Origin: Chrysochromulina tobinii
Lineage: Eukaryota
Direction of reading: 5' to 3'
Assembly: GCA_001275005.1 (NCBI GenBank)
Contig: JWZX01003350.1
Location: 47,327-67,326 of the forward strand
DNA: 20,000 nucleotides
The translations under genes were made by a program, and so were the position numbers. Positions 1 to 8,867 of the stretch are shown here, one piece after another (position 1 is the stretch's first letter; each line of letters begins with the position of its first letter). The notes under the pieces are model-generated. The model did no database searches. It was not told where the DNA came from and saw only the letters and a list, made by a program, of their open reading frames with translations.

Positions 1-252
1 CGGACGCGCTCGGCCCATGTGGACGTCGCATGGGAGCTCGGCCGCTCCGCGCTCACGGTTGTAAAATGTCAAATTCCGTTCACAAGTATTACACAAATGT
101 GCTCGGCTGTTGGTGTTGGCTCGCTGCGGCTATTGAGTGTCGGCGGTTGGCTTCAATTGCAGAGCCGCAGAGGCTGCCCGCTGCCCACACACTTAGTTTG
201 TAGTCCCCTCTCGCCTAGTTCCGATGACCGTTGCTGATCGCCTATAGCACCC

Positions 253-2187
253 TCAGTGTTTCTTGCCCGACGAGGCCTTCTGATCCCGCATCGCCTTGCG
301 CAAGCTATTCACAGCGGCCCCATCCTGCTTGAGATGCTTCTGGAACTCATCTAGTTCGATCCGGCCCGACCGGTCGCCGTCCCATAGGTCGAAGAGCGCA
401 TCGACGTCCACGGCGCGTGCATCGACCCCTGCCATCTTGACTCCTTTGTGGAAGTCCTCTCGCATAATGCCGGGGGGCGGCGGCACGTAGTCCTTCCCGA
501 AGCGCTCGTAGCTCGTGTCAAACATGTCCTTGTCCCGTGCGGCCGCAATGCGCTCCTTGTCCTTCCTCGCCTTCTCCTGCCCATCAGCGAGCTTGCGGAA
601 GAGGTCGATGAGGCGGTCGCCCTTGCGCGCGATGGCGTCGCGTACCGCAACGGCCATGAACTCGGTCGTGGCGATCGTGCCACCGCCGTCAGCGTCGAAC
701 TCGTCAAAGACGAAAGTGCAAGCGGCTACAAAGGCGCTGTACGAGCCCGAGACTTCCTCGTACCCTTCAAACTCCTCGTCCTCTTTGATCAACGCCTCAA
801 GCAGTGCCTTTTCCTCCGCCGGTGTCTCCGGCAGCCGACCGGCCATCAAGCGCGGGAAGACGGTGTGCGTCATCGCCTCGCGGAACTCGGACTCCGAGAG
901 TGCGCCGCTCCCGTCCGCGTCCCAACTGGCGAAGCGCTCCCCCAGCACACGCAAATGCTCCGGCGCAGAGAGCTCGAGCCTCAGACGCTCCATCATCAGC
1001 TGTGCCGTCTTCGAGAGTGGGGGCCTCGGCTCGCGAGGCGCCGTCACGGGCGCCGACGCGGCGGGCTTGGCCGTTTCGGGCGCCGTCACGGGCGCCGACG
1101 CGATTCGCGCCTCGTCGTCGTCCTCCCTTGCCGCTCGCTCGACGCGACCAGGTTGCTCGCTACGCATTGGCCCAATCGACGGCGCCGGTGGCGCCGGCGT
1201 GGGGAGCGTGCGCCCATTGAGCACGGGCCGCGGCGAGAGGGGCAAACTGAGCGGCGCCGGATCGAGGATCACGGCTCCGTTGGGCGAGAGCGGCTGTAGA
1301 TCGGAGCCCCCGCGATTCCCGCCGAGATTCGCTGACCGAGATGCCGGTGACCTTTTGAGCGCCGTCTTTTTGAGCGTCTCTCCGAAGAGGACGCGCCCAC
1401 TGCTCGGGGGGGGCGAGGCCGAGGCCGAGCCCGGCGAAGCGTACCTCGAGTCGCTTCGTTTTGGCGAGGCCAGACGATCCTGCCACTGGCCATTGGGGCT
1501 AGGGGACCGTTTGGGCGAGGGGCAGCGCCACAGAGGGCGGCCCTGGCTGTCGTGGCCTGTGCGCCGGAAGCTCGAGACCGCCACGCAGTCGCCCTTGTAG
1601 AACATCTGCACCCAGGGGCGCACGCCGCATTTCGGAAGGTCGCCCAACGGCTCGATCGGCATCCCGTTGTCCACGCAGAAGCTGACCACCCCCATGGCCA
1701 TATTGACACGGCACGTGATGTTGTGCTTGACCAGTGGCTTGCCACCGCCCTCGTTGTCGATTTTCAGGTTCTGAATCGGCTCACGGTTCCGCCAGTCTCG
1801 ACCGCGCGGCTCAATCGCCATGTCGCCGTTGACGAGTTTGATGCCCACCGTCTCGCTCGAGTTGTCCGCTGAGGCCACGCCCACGCGCATGCACGTGCCA
1901 GTACCTGAAAGGCAAGTGAAGGTGAACTCGACCTCACCCTGCGTGATGGCCGGGCAATATGCATTATCCGCTTGGTCACGAGAGTTGCACTGCCGCTTGT
2001 GCCTGATCACGGAAGCAACACCGCCAGAGACGTATGGCAGCCTCGATTTCCACAGATGTTCGAATCCCTGTGTAGTCTTCTCGGGTGATACGTTTAGCAC
2101 CTCCCACACTTCGGGATTGTCGGAGATCCACTGGGCGCTCGTGGTGCGGTCATGCTCGACGCGTTTACGCGCGCTGTCCCACAGCAT
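253..2187 (-). CDS. SPRY/B30.2-like domain + Pro/Ser-rich linker + EF-hand calcium-binding protein (~644 aa)
   Basis: Uninterrupted ORF. The track start at 2265 is TTG; the first ATG is at 2187 (MLWDSARK). Three EF-hand loops: DADGSGALSESEF, DADGGGTIATTEF, DGDRSGRIELDEF. A beta-rich segment at ~1567-1963 (MRVGVAS...ITCRVNMAMGVVSFCVDNG...VRPWVQMFYKGDCV) follows the SPRY pattern (lower confidence). Confidence 0.85.
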   Translation of the reverse strand: MLWDSARKRVEHDRTTSAQWISDNPEVWEVLNVSPEKTTQGFEHLWKSRLPYVSGGVASVIRHKRQCNSRDQADNAYCPAITQGEVEFTFTCLSGTGTCMRVGVASADNSSETVGIKLVNGDMAIEPRGRDWRNREPIQNLKIDNEGGGKPLVKHNITCRVNMAMGVVSFCVDNGMPIEPLGDLPKCGVRPWVQMFYKGDCVAVSSFRRTGHDSQGRPLWRCPSPKRSPSPNGQWQDRLASPKRSDSRYASPGSASASPPPSSGRVLFGETLKKTALKRSPASRSANLGGNRGGSDLQPLSPNGAVILDPAPLSLPLSPRPVLNGRTLPTPAPPAPSIGPMRSEQPGRVERAAREDDDEARIASAPVTAPETAKPAASAPVTAPREPRPPLSKTAQLMMERLRLELSAPEHLRVLGERFASWDADGSGALSESEFREAMTHTVFPRLMAGRLPETPAEEKALLEALIKEDEEFEGYEEVSGSYSAFVAACTFVFDEFDADGGGTIATTEFMAVAVRDAIARKGDRLIDLFRKLADGQEKARKDKERIAAARDKDMFDTSYERFGKDYVPPPPGIMREDFHKGVKMAGVDARAVDVDALFDLWDGDRSGRIELDEFQKHLKQDGAAVNSLRKAMRDQKASSGKKH

Positions 2188-2508
2188 CGGTGATCCGCCT
2201 CCGGCACAGCAGCCGTCCGAGTCTTTCTCTCGGGGCGGTCGCAGAAATTTGGCTTCGCGTTCCAAGTTCGAGGACAGATTAGTCTGTCAATCAGCTAACA
2301 CCGCTTGCGGGTAACACCGCAGGCCACGCTCACACCGGCGGGCACAAGCAAGCCACGCGACACGCGCGCGAACGCGCTGCAGCTGACCTCGCGTGCGAAC
2401 ACTCTCACGACGCCCAACTCTCTGCGCGTCATCGAGAAGGTTCATGCGATTACGAGTGAACACATCTACCTCGGAGACACCAACGTCAAGATGCAGCGAC
2501 CCAACGGG

Positions 2509-2829
2509 CTACATCTTGAACCCGGCCTCATCGAGGGCGATGGTAAGATATTCTGGACCGTTGATAGCGGCGCGACGGCGATACTCGCCGATCTGAGCTG
2601 GGCTAAACCCCTGTTCTGCGACGTCACTGTCCATCTTCCCTCGCGAGATTCGCAGGGGAAACTCGCCTACACAGGCAGTGATGGCTGCTACCTCGGGAGA
2701 GATTTCAAACGAAACGCCGACTATGTCTACCTGCCGCGTCGTTTTGAGCAATTTCGTCCCCGCTTCCTTTGCCCCGGTCGAAATACATGTACCTAGTATC
2801 AGCAGAAAGGCAGCACAGAATCGCAGCAT
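2509..2829 (-). CDS. Possible small secreted hypothetical protein (106 aa)
   Basis: ATG start with signal-peptide-like N-terminus MLRFCAAFLLILGTCISTGA, divergent from the gene at 3050. A codon-aligned antisense ORF (2305..2796 +) is an alternative reading. No recognisable domain. Confidence 0.35.
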   Translation of the reverse strand: MLRFCAAFLLILGTCISTGAKEAGTKLLKTTRQVDIVGVSFEISPEVAAITACVGEFPLRISRGKMDSDVAEQGFSPAQIGEYRRRAAINGPEYLTIALDEAGFKM

Positions 2830-3049
2830 CGCAGGGCGCCGGAGGCGGAGCGTCGTGGCCTCTGCGCGCCGTTGAGTTGAACAGACTCTGCCGCACAGAA
2901 TTCATTTTCTGTCCAACTCATGTCGATCACAAGGCGAGTGCCGTTTCAAGGCCTGCCTGACGCACGCTGCTTTTGCACCGCGCGACGCCTCTTTGAGATT
3001 TTCGGACCCACCATAAACAGAACTTTCAGAACAGACGCACAACGCAACT

Positions 3050-4915
3050 ATGCCGCCGAAGGCACTCGAGACGGCCAACACGACCGCGGCTGAAGTTTTA
3101 ATGGATCAAGCTGATGGCTTGCAAACAATAGGCTTGCAATGCTCACGCTGCATGCAACGCGAGCCGTTTGTAGCATTCACTCAGCAGCAGAGAGCACGGC
3201 CGCATGTTGAGCGCAAATGTGCGCACTGCATACGAGCTGAGCGACTGCTTCGTGGCGGCGACGACCCCGTGCTTCGTGGCGGCGATGATCCCGTTGCCTT
3301 CTCATCGCCACCCGCGTCATCCCACAGGACAGCACCCACCAGGCCGACGACGGCTCCTTCTCGTGAACAGAAGCCCGGGGTTGCCGGCGTCATCGGCCAG
3401 CTCAAGATGGTGCTCGCTAGGAAACTCACCCGGGTCGTCGACACGTTCCGCGAGTTTGACATGGACTGGGATGGAAGGATTGACAAGCGCGAGTTCCGGC
3501 TCGCGATGCGGAAGCTCGGCATTGTGGCCAAACAGTCCGATTACGACCTTACCTTTGACTCGTTCGACAATGACCGCTCCGGCACCCTTGAGTATCGGGA
3601 GCTCAACGATCATCTCCGGCGCCTCGTCAGCGACCCATCGCACACGAGCGCCATGCACGTTGGAGGGGAACGCGCTGCAATCAGCAGAGCGGTATCGCCA
3701 CGGACGCCGACGAGCTCGGCGTGGTCGAGCTCCACTGCCACGGCCGTGCTGCCGCCGTCCTCGCAAGCCAAGCGGGCATGGGAGCGAGACCCGACCAAGG
3801 GGCCTCCGTGGTCGTTCAACGTGGCGAACCCGTCAGACATGAAACCGCCGTGGGAGAAGATCGCCGAAGATGATCGCCGCCATCGGCCGCCACCCATGAA
3901 ATTGACGGATGCGCAGAAAGCCGAGTCTGCCGAGCGCATGTACCAAGCAGCTATCGCTGCCCGCAAGAGACAGGCCGCTCTCCGTGCACAGCTTATTGCG
4001 AGGGAGGATCACGATCACGGCCCACACCGAGTTCATCCGCCACGGCCCGTCAAGCGCGAGGCACAAGTCCAATGGACCACTCGCATGGTCGCAGTGGCGG
4101 AGACGAAACGCCGGCAGGTCGAACGAGCGGAGCAGCTGCTCGATGCGGCAGCCTTGGAGGCCACCAAATCTCGGGTGGCGGCCTTTACGGGCCGTGACCT
4201 AAACAAGCACGTTGCCATTTTGGGCGACTCGGTCATGCTCGTAACGAGCGACGGCGCATGGGAAGCGCGTGAGGTGCTCTGGCGCGGCGCGATGCACGAG
4301 GATCTCTCAGGCAAGATTGAAGCGGTCGAACCGTGGGTCGGCGGTCGCATCTCCGTTGCAGGGATCGAGCAAGAGTTTGTGTTCGAGAACCCCGACGTGG
4401 GCATTAGCAGCAAGCGCGCTTGTGAGCGCAATCACACCATCGCCGAGGACATTGAGAAAAGGAAGGAAGCCCTCGAGCGTCGATTCTACCCGTCGCCCCC
4501 ACCCACGCCCAAGCTCAAGGGAGCGCGACTCGTCGAGTTCTTCGAGCGCAACCTGGCTGCACATGAGCGCGAACCGGACGAGGAGGACGAGGCGGAAGTC
4601 CCAGCCCGACCGCTGAGCCCACGACAGCAATTGATGCTCAGAGAGCGACTGGCGGCGAGGCATCACGAGGAGTGGCGCCAGATTCATACCATCACCTCAG
4701 CGCTAGAATCCAGCCCGCGAACGGCTCCAGAGCATCGGCACGCGCCTATACGACCGATGGCCACGGCGACGAGACCGAGTGACCACGACGCCGGGTTACA
4801 ATACAAGCACAGCTTCAATTCGGGGCCTAATTTTGCCTCGTTGTTTGCAGAACTCCCGATGGACTCTCCTCTCAAGCCCGGGCTTCAGAGTAGAGCCCGT
4901 ACTCGGCTAGCGTAG
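3050..4915 (+). CDS. EF-hand pair protein with N-terminal C4 (Stc1-like) zinc finger (621 aa)
   Basis: ATG-to-TAG ORF. EF loops DMDWDGRIDKREF and DNDRSGTLEYREL (~3458-3604). CSRC-x22-CAHC with internal F-T-x-x-Q at 3140-3229. The rest is helical or low complexity. Confidence 0.85.
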   Translation: MPPKALETANTTAAEVLMDQADGLQTIGLQCSRCMQREPFVAFTQQQRARPHVERKCAHCIRAERLLRGGDDPVLRGGDDPVAFSSPPASSHRTAPTRPTTAPSREQKPGVAGVIGQLKMVLARKLTRVVDTFREFDMDWDGRIDKREFRLAMRKLGIVAKQSDYDLTFDSFDNDRSGTLEYRELNDHLRRLVSDPSHTSAMHVGGERAAISRAVSPRTPTSSAWSSSTATAVLPPSSQAKRAWERDPTKGPPWSFNVANPSDMKPPWEKIAEDDRRHRPPPMKLTDAQKAESAERMYQAAIAARKRQAALRAQLIAREDHDHGPHRVHPPRPVKREAQVQWTTRMVAVAETKRRQVERAEQLLDAAALEATKSRVAAFTGRDLNKHVAILGDSVMLVTSDGAWEAREVLWRGAMHEDLSGKIEAVEPWVGGRISVAGIEQEFVFENPDVGISSKRACERNHTIAEDIEKRKEALERRFYPSPPPTPKLKGARLVEFFERNLAAHEREPDEEDEAEVPARPLSPRQQLMLRERLAARHHEEWRQIHTITSALESSPRTAPEHRHAPIRPMATATRPSDHDAGLQYKHSFNSGPNFASLFAELPMDSPLKPGLQSRARTRLA

Positions 4916-5394
4916 CGCGTATACCGTAAGCGTTTAGACCGTTTGGCAATATACACTTTAACAAGAACTAATAGCGTTTGTTAACGAAAAATAAATTTTC
5001 AACGGATCGTTGATGGATCGACGCATCGCATGCGATGAGCAGTTGTCCCGCACCGAGCCCGACGCGAACCAAATGCGGTAAGGAATGTTCGCAGTGCAAC
5101 GTCCCTCTGTCGGCCGTGCGCTTCCGCGCCGGCGCGTCGACGGCTCGGTGATGCCTATGCGGTGATCTGTCCGTTGTCGACTTACCCTATAGCCGGCGAC
5201 AGGCGGCGAAAGGTAAGGAAGGCAGCGCGGACGCGCAACGGCCACAGCAAGGCCAACAACTCGAGCCGCATGCGATTCACTTGATCTCCGTCTGGGCCAG
5301 GATCCACACAGTGAGGTCGTGGAAAGAGTACATGATTGGATTTCATATTTAGTGGCAACCATTGAGTAAAAAGGCGCTGTCTTGTGCTACGTTT

Positions 5395-5937
5395 TCAAGT
5401 TGAAGTTCTACTCGGGTGCTTGTCAATTAGCTCTGTGATGTTGTCTGCCTCCTTGAGCGAGATCTCCGTAACGTCGTCGAGTCGACCGTCCTTGATGAGC
5501 CACGCCTGAGTGCGATCTGCGCTCCACACGGCTGCATCGCCTATCGGCACGTCGCCTGCAAACCGGCTCACCATGAACTCGCCATCGCCAAACGTCTTGA
5601 TGCCCTTGCCCTCCCGCACTCCCTGCTTCCACTCTCCGCTGTACTGATCGCCGCTAGAAGCTTCCTTGTACACGCCGTGCCCACTGTAGAGGCCGTGCTG
5701 CCACGTCCCTTTGTACACATCGCCGCTCGCGTACCACATGGTGCCTTCTCCGTGCATCACGCCCGAACAGAACTCACCTTCGAACCCGTCGCCGTTTTTA
5801 TCCATCTTTCGGCCGAGGCCGTGGTACTCGTCCGCCTTAAACTCTCCCTCGTATAAGCTGCCGTTCGCAAGCGTCAATTTCCCCTGACCCTCGCGCTGGC
5901 CCGCCTCATTGTATTGGCCCTCGTAGGTGGCCTGCAT
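5395..5937 (-). CDS. MORN repeat-containing protein (~180 aa)
   Basis: Successive ~23-aa MORN units (YEGQYNEAGQREGQG, YEGEFKADEYHGLG, FEGEFCSGVMHGEG, YKGTWQHGLYSGHG, YSGEWKQGVREGKG). First ATG at 5937; the track start at 6012 is TTG. Confidence 0.92.
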   Translation of the reverse strand: MQATYEGQYNEAGQREGQGKLTLANGSLYEGEFKADEYHGLGRKMDKNGDGFEGEFCSGVMHGEGTMWYASGDVYKGTWQHGLYSGHGVYKEASSGDQYSGEWKQGVREGKGIKTFGDGEFMVSRFAGDVPIGDAAVWSADRTQAWLIKDGRLDDVTEISLKEADNITELIDKHPSRTST

Positions 5938-6124
5938 GACTTGGATTCGTCTTGGCTGTGAATTATAACCATGGACTGTGAACAGTGTGAAGTGTGAAGA
6001 GGCGCATAACAAGTATATTTAACAACATGACATCATCAACAAACCCACACGGTCGCCGACGCGCGGCAGCGCTCTGACGAAACAAGACCCACGACGCCGC
6101 GTTAACCGGCCGTGCACTCCGCTC

Positions 6125-7826
6125 TCACGCCTTGCTGATGGCTGGCGCGCACGTGCACAGCCGGCGCGTCTTCGCATACCCGGCCGCGCACTGCGAGATG
6201 GCAATGTCCGAGATCAGGCACTGCTGGTATGTGTCGAGGTCAGGGCTGGCGGCGTACGCGGGCAGCTCGGGCCCCACTTGGTGGCCGCATCCCCTCTCGC
6301 ATCCAAAGTGGGCCGCCATGGCCGCGCACGAGTTGCCCCACTCGAGGGTCTTCATGTCACACCGCGCGCCCGCCTGACGGCACGCCACGTCACATGAGAC
6401 GCCGGCTTCCGCAGCGACCGTCTGCATCCCCTTGGGCGGCCGAAGCTGCAAGCCCTCAGGCAGGTACGGACACTTGCGCCGATCCGCGAGGAGCAACGTA
6501 GCGCCATTGGGCGTGCGCAGCGTGATCGTGCCGTTATGTGTCGCGCGTTGGCTCTCCTCCCATATGCCGAGTGGCTTCGCGAGCTGCCTATACTCCTCGC
6601 GCGTGTACAACAGCAGCGAGGCGCGCTCTTTCGGCAGCCGCGCCATCCACGGCAAGGCTGCCTCCTTATCCGTCGCGCCGCCCCATGCGGTCGGCCACTC
6701 AAGCTGCTGCGCGCCCTCAACCGCCGCATGCACTACCTTTTCGTAGGGTGCCTGGAGCAGGTACGACAGGTCGCCGAAGGAGTCGACGCCCTGCTTCTCA
6801 AATGTGAACCGCTGCAAGACCATGCACAGTCGAGAGTCACATGTGAGAAATTGAAGGCACTGTTGAGGGGGTTCGATCAGAAAGCGAGCACCTCGAACGG
6901 TGTGTTGTCTACGACGTTGGTGCCGTGTGAGCTCGCGTGGCGTGAACGGTTGATTTCGGGCACCACGCACTCGCGCCCTCGCGTCGTGGTGCTGAGTCGC
7001 ATCCAATGGTCCCAGCCGGATCGGGGGAGAACAGTCAGCATGCAAATGGGGAGGGCAATCAGCATGCATTCACGCGCACCTGAGTCGCATCCAATGGTCC
7101 CAGCCGGTGGTGGCTGCCTCAGGCCACTTGTCCCGCAGCTCGTGCCAGATGTCCGCCGAGATCATCCAGCCGAGCCCGGGGAAGTAATCGGTGCGTTGCA
7201 GCCGGGAGGCCGAGCGGGCTGTGTGAGGGAAGCCCTGATCGTTCCACGCTGAGACACACCAAAGTGAGCGATCCGCTCGCAGCAGCCATGCCGACGCCCA
7301 AAACAGTCGCAAAAAGTCGGGTGAAAGCAGCAGGTCATCTTCAATCATCACCGCGTGCGAGTGGCCGCGCTTTGTCAGCGTAGCCTCGAGCGCCAGCTTA
7401 AAGTGCTGCGAGATCTTATACATAGGGCGCGAGCTAAAGGTGCCCGGTGTTGGGTGCGTCGGCGGGTAGGAGAAGACTTCCTTCACGGCGCCCCCAAACT
7501 CTTTGGCCGCCTGCTGCACGTCCACCGAGCCCGCGTCCTCCGACACGTACAATGTGAAATGCTCGATCAGCGGCAGAGAAAGGAGGAGCTTGAGGCACCG
7601 CCGTGTCATGTCGGGCCGATTGTGCGACATGACCACGATGGCCGGTCGCGCCATGCACCCCACCGACGGGTCGGAGCTGCAGCTGGGCGCGACCTCAAAG
7701 GCGTACGGGGCGGGGCCCTGCATCCCCACTGTGCTGACACGAGATGTGCTCTCGGGCGTTGAGTGCTCGGCGGCGACGGGCCGCTCGACCGCTGCCGCTG
7801 CCGTTGCTGCTGTGCCTGCTACCGCT

Positions 7827-7879
<53 letters not shown>

Positions 7880-8575
7880 GTTCGTATCCGCCGTCATCGA
7901 GGCGCCTTCCGCAAGTTTCCCGGACGCGAGGCTCCTCGACGATGCGACCTTGAGGCGAGGCCGTAGCGAGGCCGAGCGCAGCCCGGTCTTCGGAGCCGGG
8001 AAAAGCAAGCTGGACTTGAGCCAGCACTCTCCAGAGTCTGTCATCGTGACGCCGCGGCAGCCGTCGCCCTCGCGCCTCTTGCACGCCTCACAGCATGCCT
8101 TGAGGTCGAGCGAGGCAGGTCCGCCACCTCGCACTGGCTCGCTCGTCAGGTCGCCGCCTTGAAAGTCGGTGTCCAGGTGCACCTCGAACTCCTCGCCACA
8201 GCCCTCCTCTTCGGATTCGTCTGGCTCTGCGACCGCCTCCACCCTCCGCTCCACCTTTCGCTCAACGGGGTGCACCGGCTCTGTGGCCGCGTCCACCTTC
8301 CGCTCCACCTTCCGCTCAATCGGGTTTACGGCGGTGCGTCGCGCAGCACTGGGCGGCTGTGCATCGGTGTGCATTTCCAGCACCTCGACTGCCGGCCGTT
8401 GAGGCGTGGAGCTATACGCACCTTGATGCCACAGCAGCGCGAGCATCGGCAACACGAGCAGCATCGGAGTAACGACGACGAGCGTGCGCGGCCGGCAGAG
8501 GGAGGAGCGGCGCTGACTTGGGAAGGCGCGGCCGCGGGGCGGCGCGCCTCGCTGCGATAGAGTCATATGTCGCAT
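6125..8575 (-). CDS. MGAT1: GT13 alpha-1,3-mannosyl-glycoprotein beta-1,2-N-acetylglucosaminyltransferase (GnT-I-like), type II membrane protein, 3 exons, ~760 aa
   Basis: Exons 8575-7080, 6991-6892 and 6811-6125 join in frame (1496+100+687=2283 nt) across GT-AG introns. GT13 motifs: VVMSHNRP, VMIEDDLLLSPDF, CVSAWND, RTDYFPGLGWM, WDHWMR, RECVVPEINR, FGDLSYL. Signal anchor LVVVTPMLLVLPMLALLW. Orthology to MGAT1 rather than another GT13 (e.g. POMGNT1-like) is not proven. Confidence 0.88.
6812..6891 (-). other. Spliceosomal intron 2 of the GT13 gene (80 nt, phase 0)
   Basis: GAG|GTGCTC...TTGCAG|CGG. Removing it skips an in-frame TGA and joins NTPFE to RFTFEKQG. Confidence 0.8.
6992..7079 (-). 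other. Spliceosomal intron 1 of the GT13 gene (88 nt, phase 2), 3' end duplicated from the upstream exon
   Basis: CAG|GTGCGC...ACTCAG|CAC. Removing it restores WDHWMRLSTTTRGRECVVPEINR. 6992-7019 is identical to 7080-7107. Confidence 0.88.
7827..7877. repeat. (GCC)17 coding microsatellite encoding poly-Ala in the GT13 stem
   Basis: Perfect trinucleotide run read directly from the sequence. Confidence 0.95.
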
Positions 8576-8867
8576 TTCCAGCGAAAAGGTCAGCCAAGCA
8601 GACCTACAAACTATGAAGACACACGCATGATCTCACACGTCTCACACAGCCGGCGTCCCTGTACCCTGAAGATCGCAGACCCCGCAGTGAGACAGAGACT
8701 CGAGATGCCGCGCAGACACCGCAGGAACCTTCAATCAAGAAAGGCAAGGCACAATCTAATGACCGCATAGTATACCGACCTGAATCGGTTCATGAACCGG
8801 CTGTCGCCGTGTCGCCACTGCGAGCGCGGCGCGGACCATGGCTTCGAGATCGACCCGAGATCGTCCC

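Noticed and set aside
19..237. 72-aa ORF at the window start
   Set aside because: GTG start and no recognisable features; cannot be told from UTR or intergenic sequence without upstream context.
448..1600. 283-aa and 361-aa plus-strand ORFs
   Set aside because: Antisense shadows of the EF-hand gene; low complexity and no domains.
4958..5362. 134-aa minus-strand ORF and possible structured RNA (CTTACC...GGTAAG; SRP- or U1-like fragments)
   Set aside because: No protein motif or codon bias; the SRP helix-8 pairing and U1 features are not satisfied. Most likely UTR or intergenic between convergent genes.
6125..7069. 314-aa ORF as a separate gene starting MHADCPPH
   Set aside because: Its first 86 codons are intron or out-of-frame exon sequence; only 6811-6125 is coding, as exon 3 of the GT13 gene.
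6992..7107. Repeat-spacer-repeat resembling a minimal CRISPR array
   Set aside because: Only two copies, the repeat is conserved GT13 coding sequence, the context is eukaryotic and there are no cas genes.
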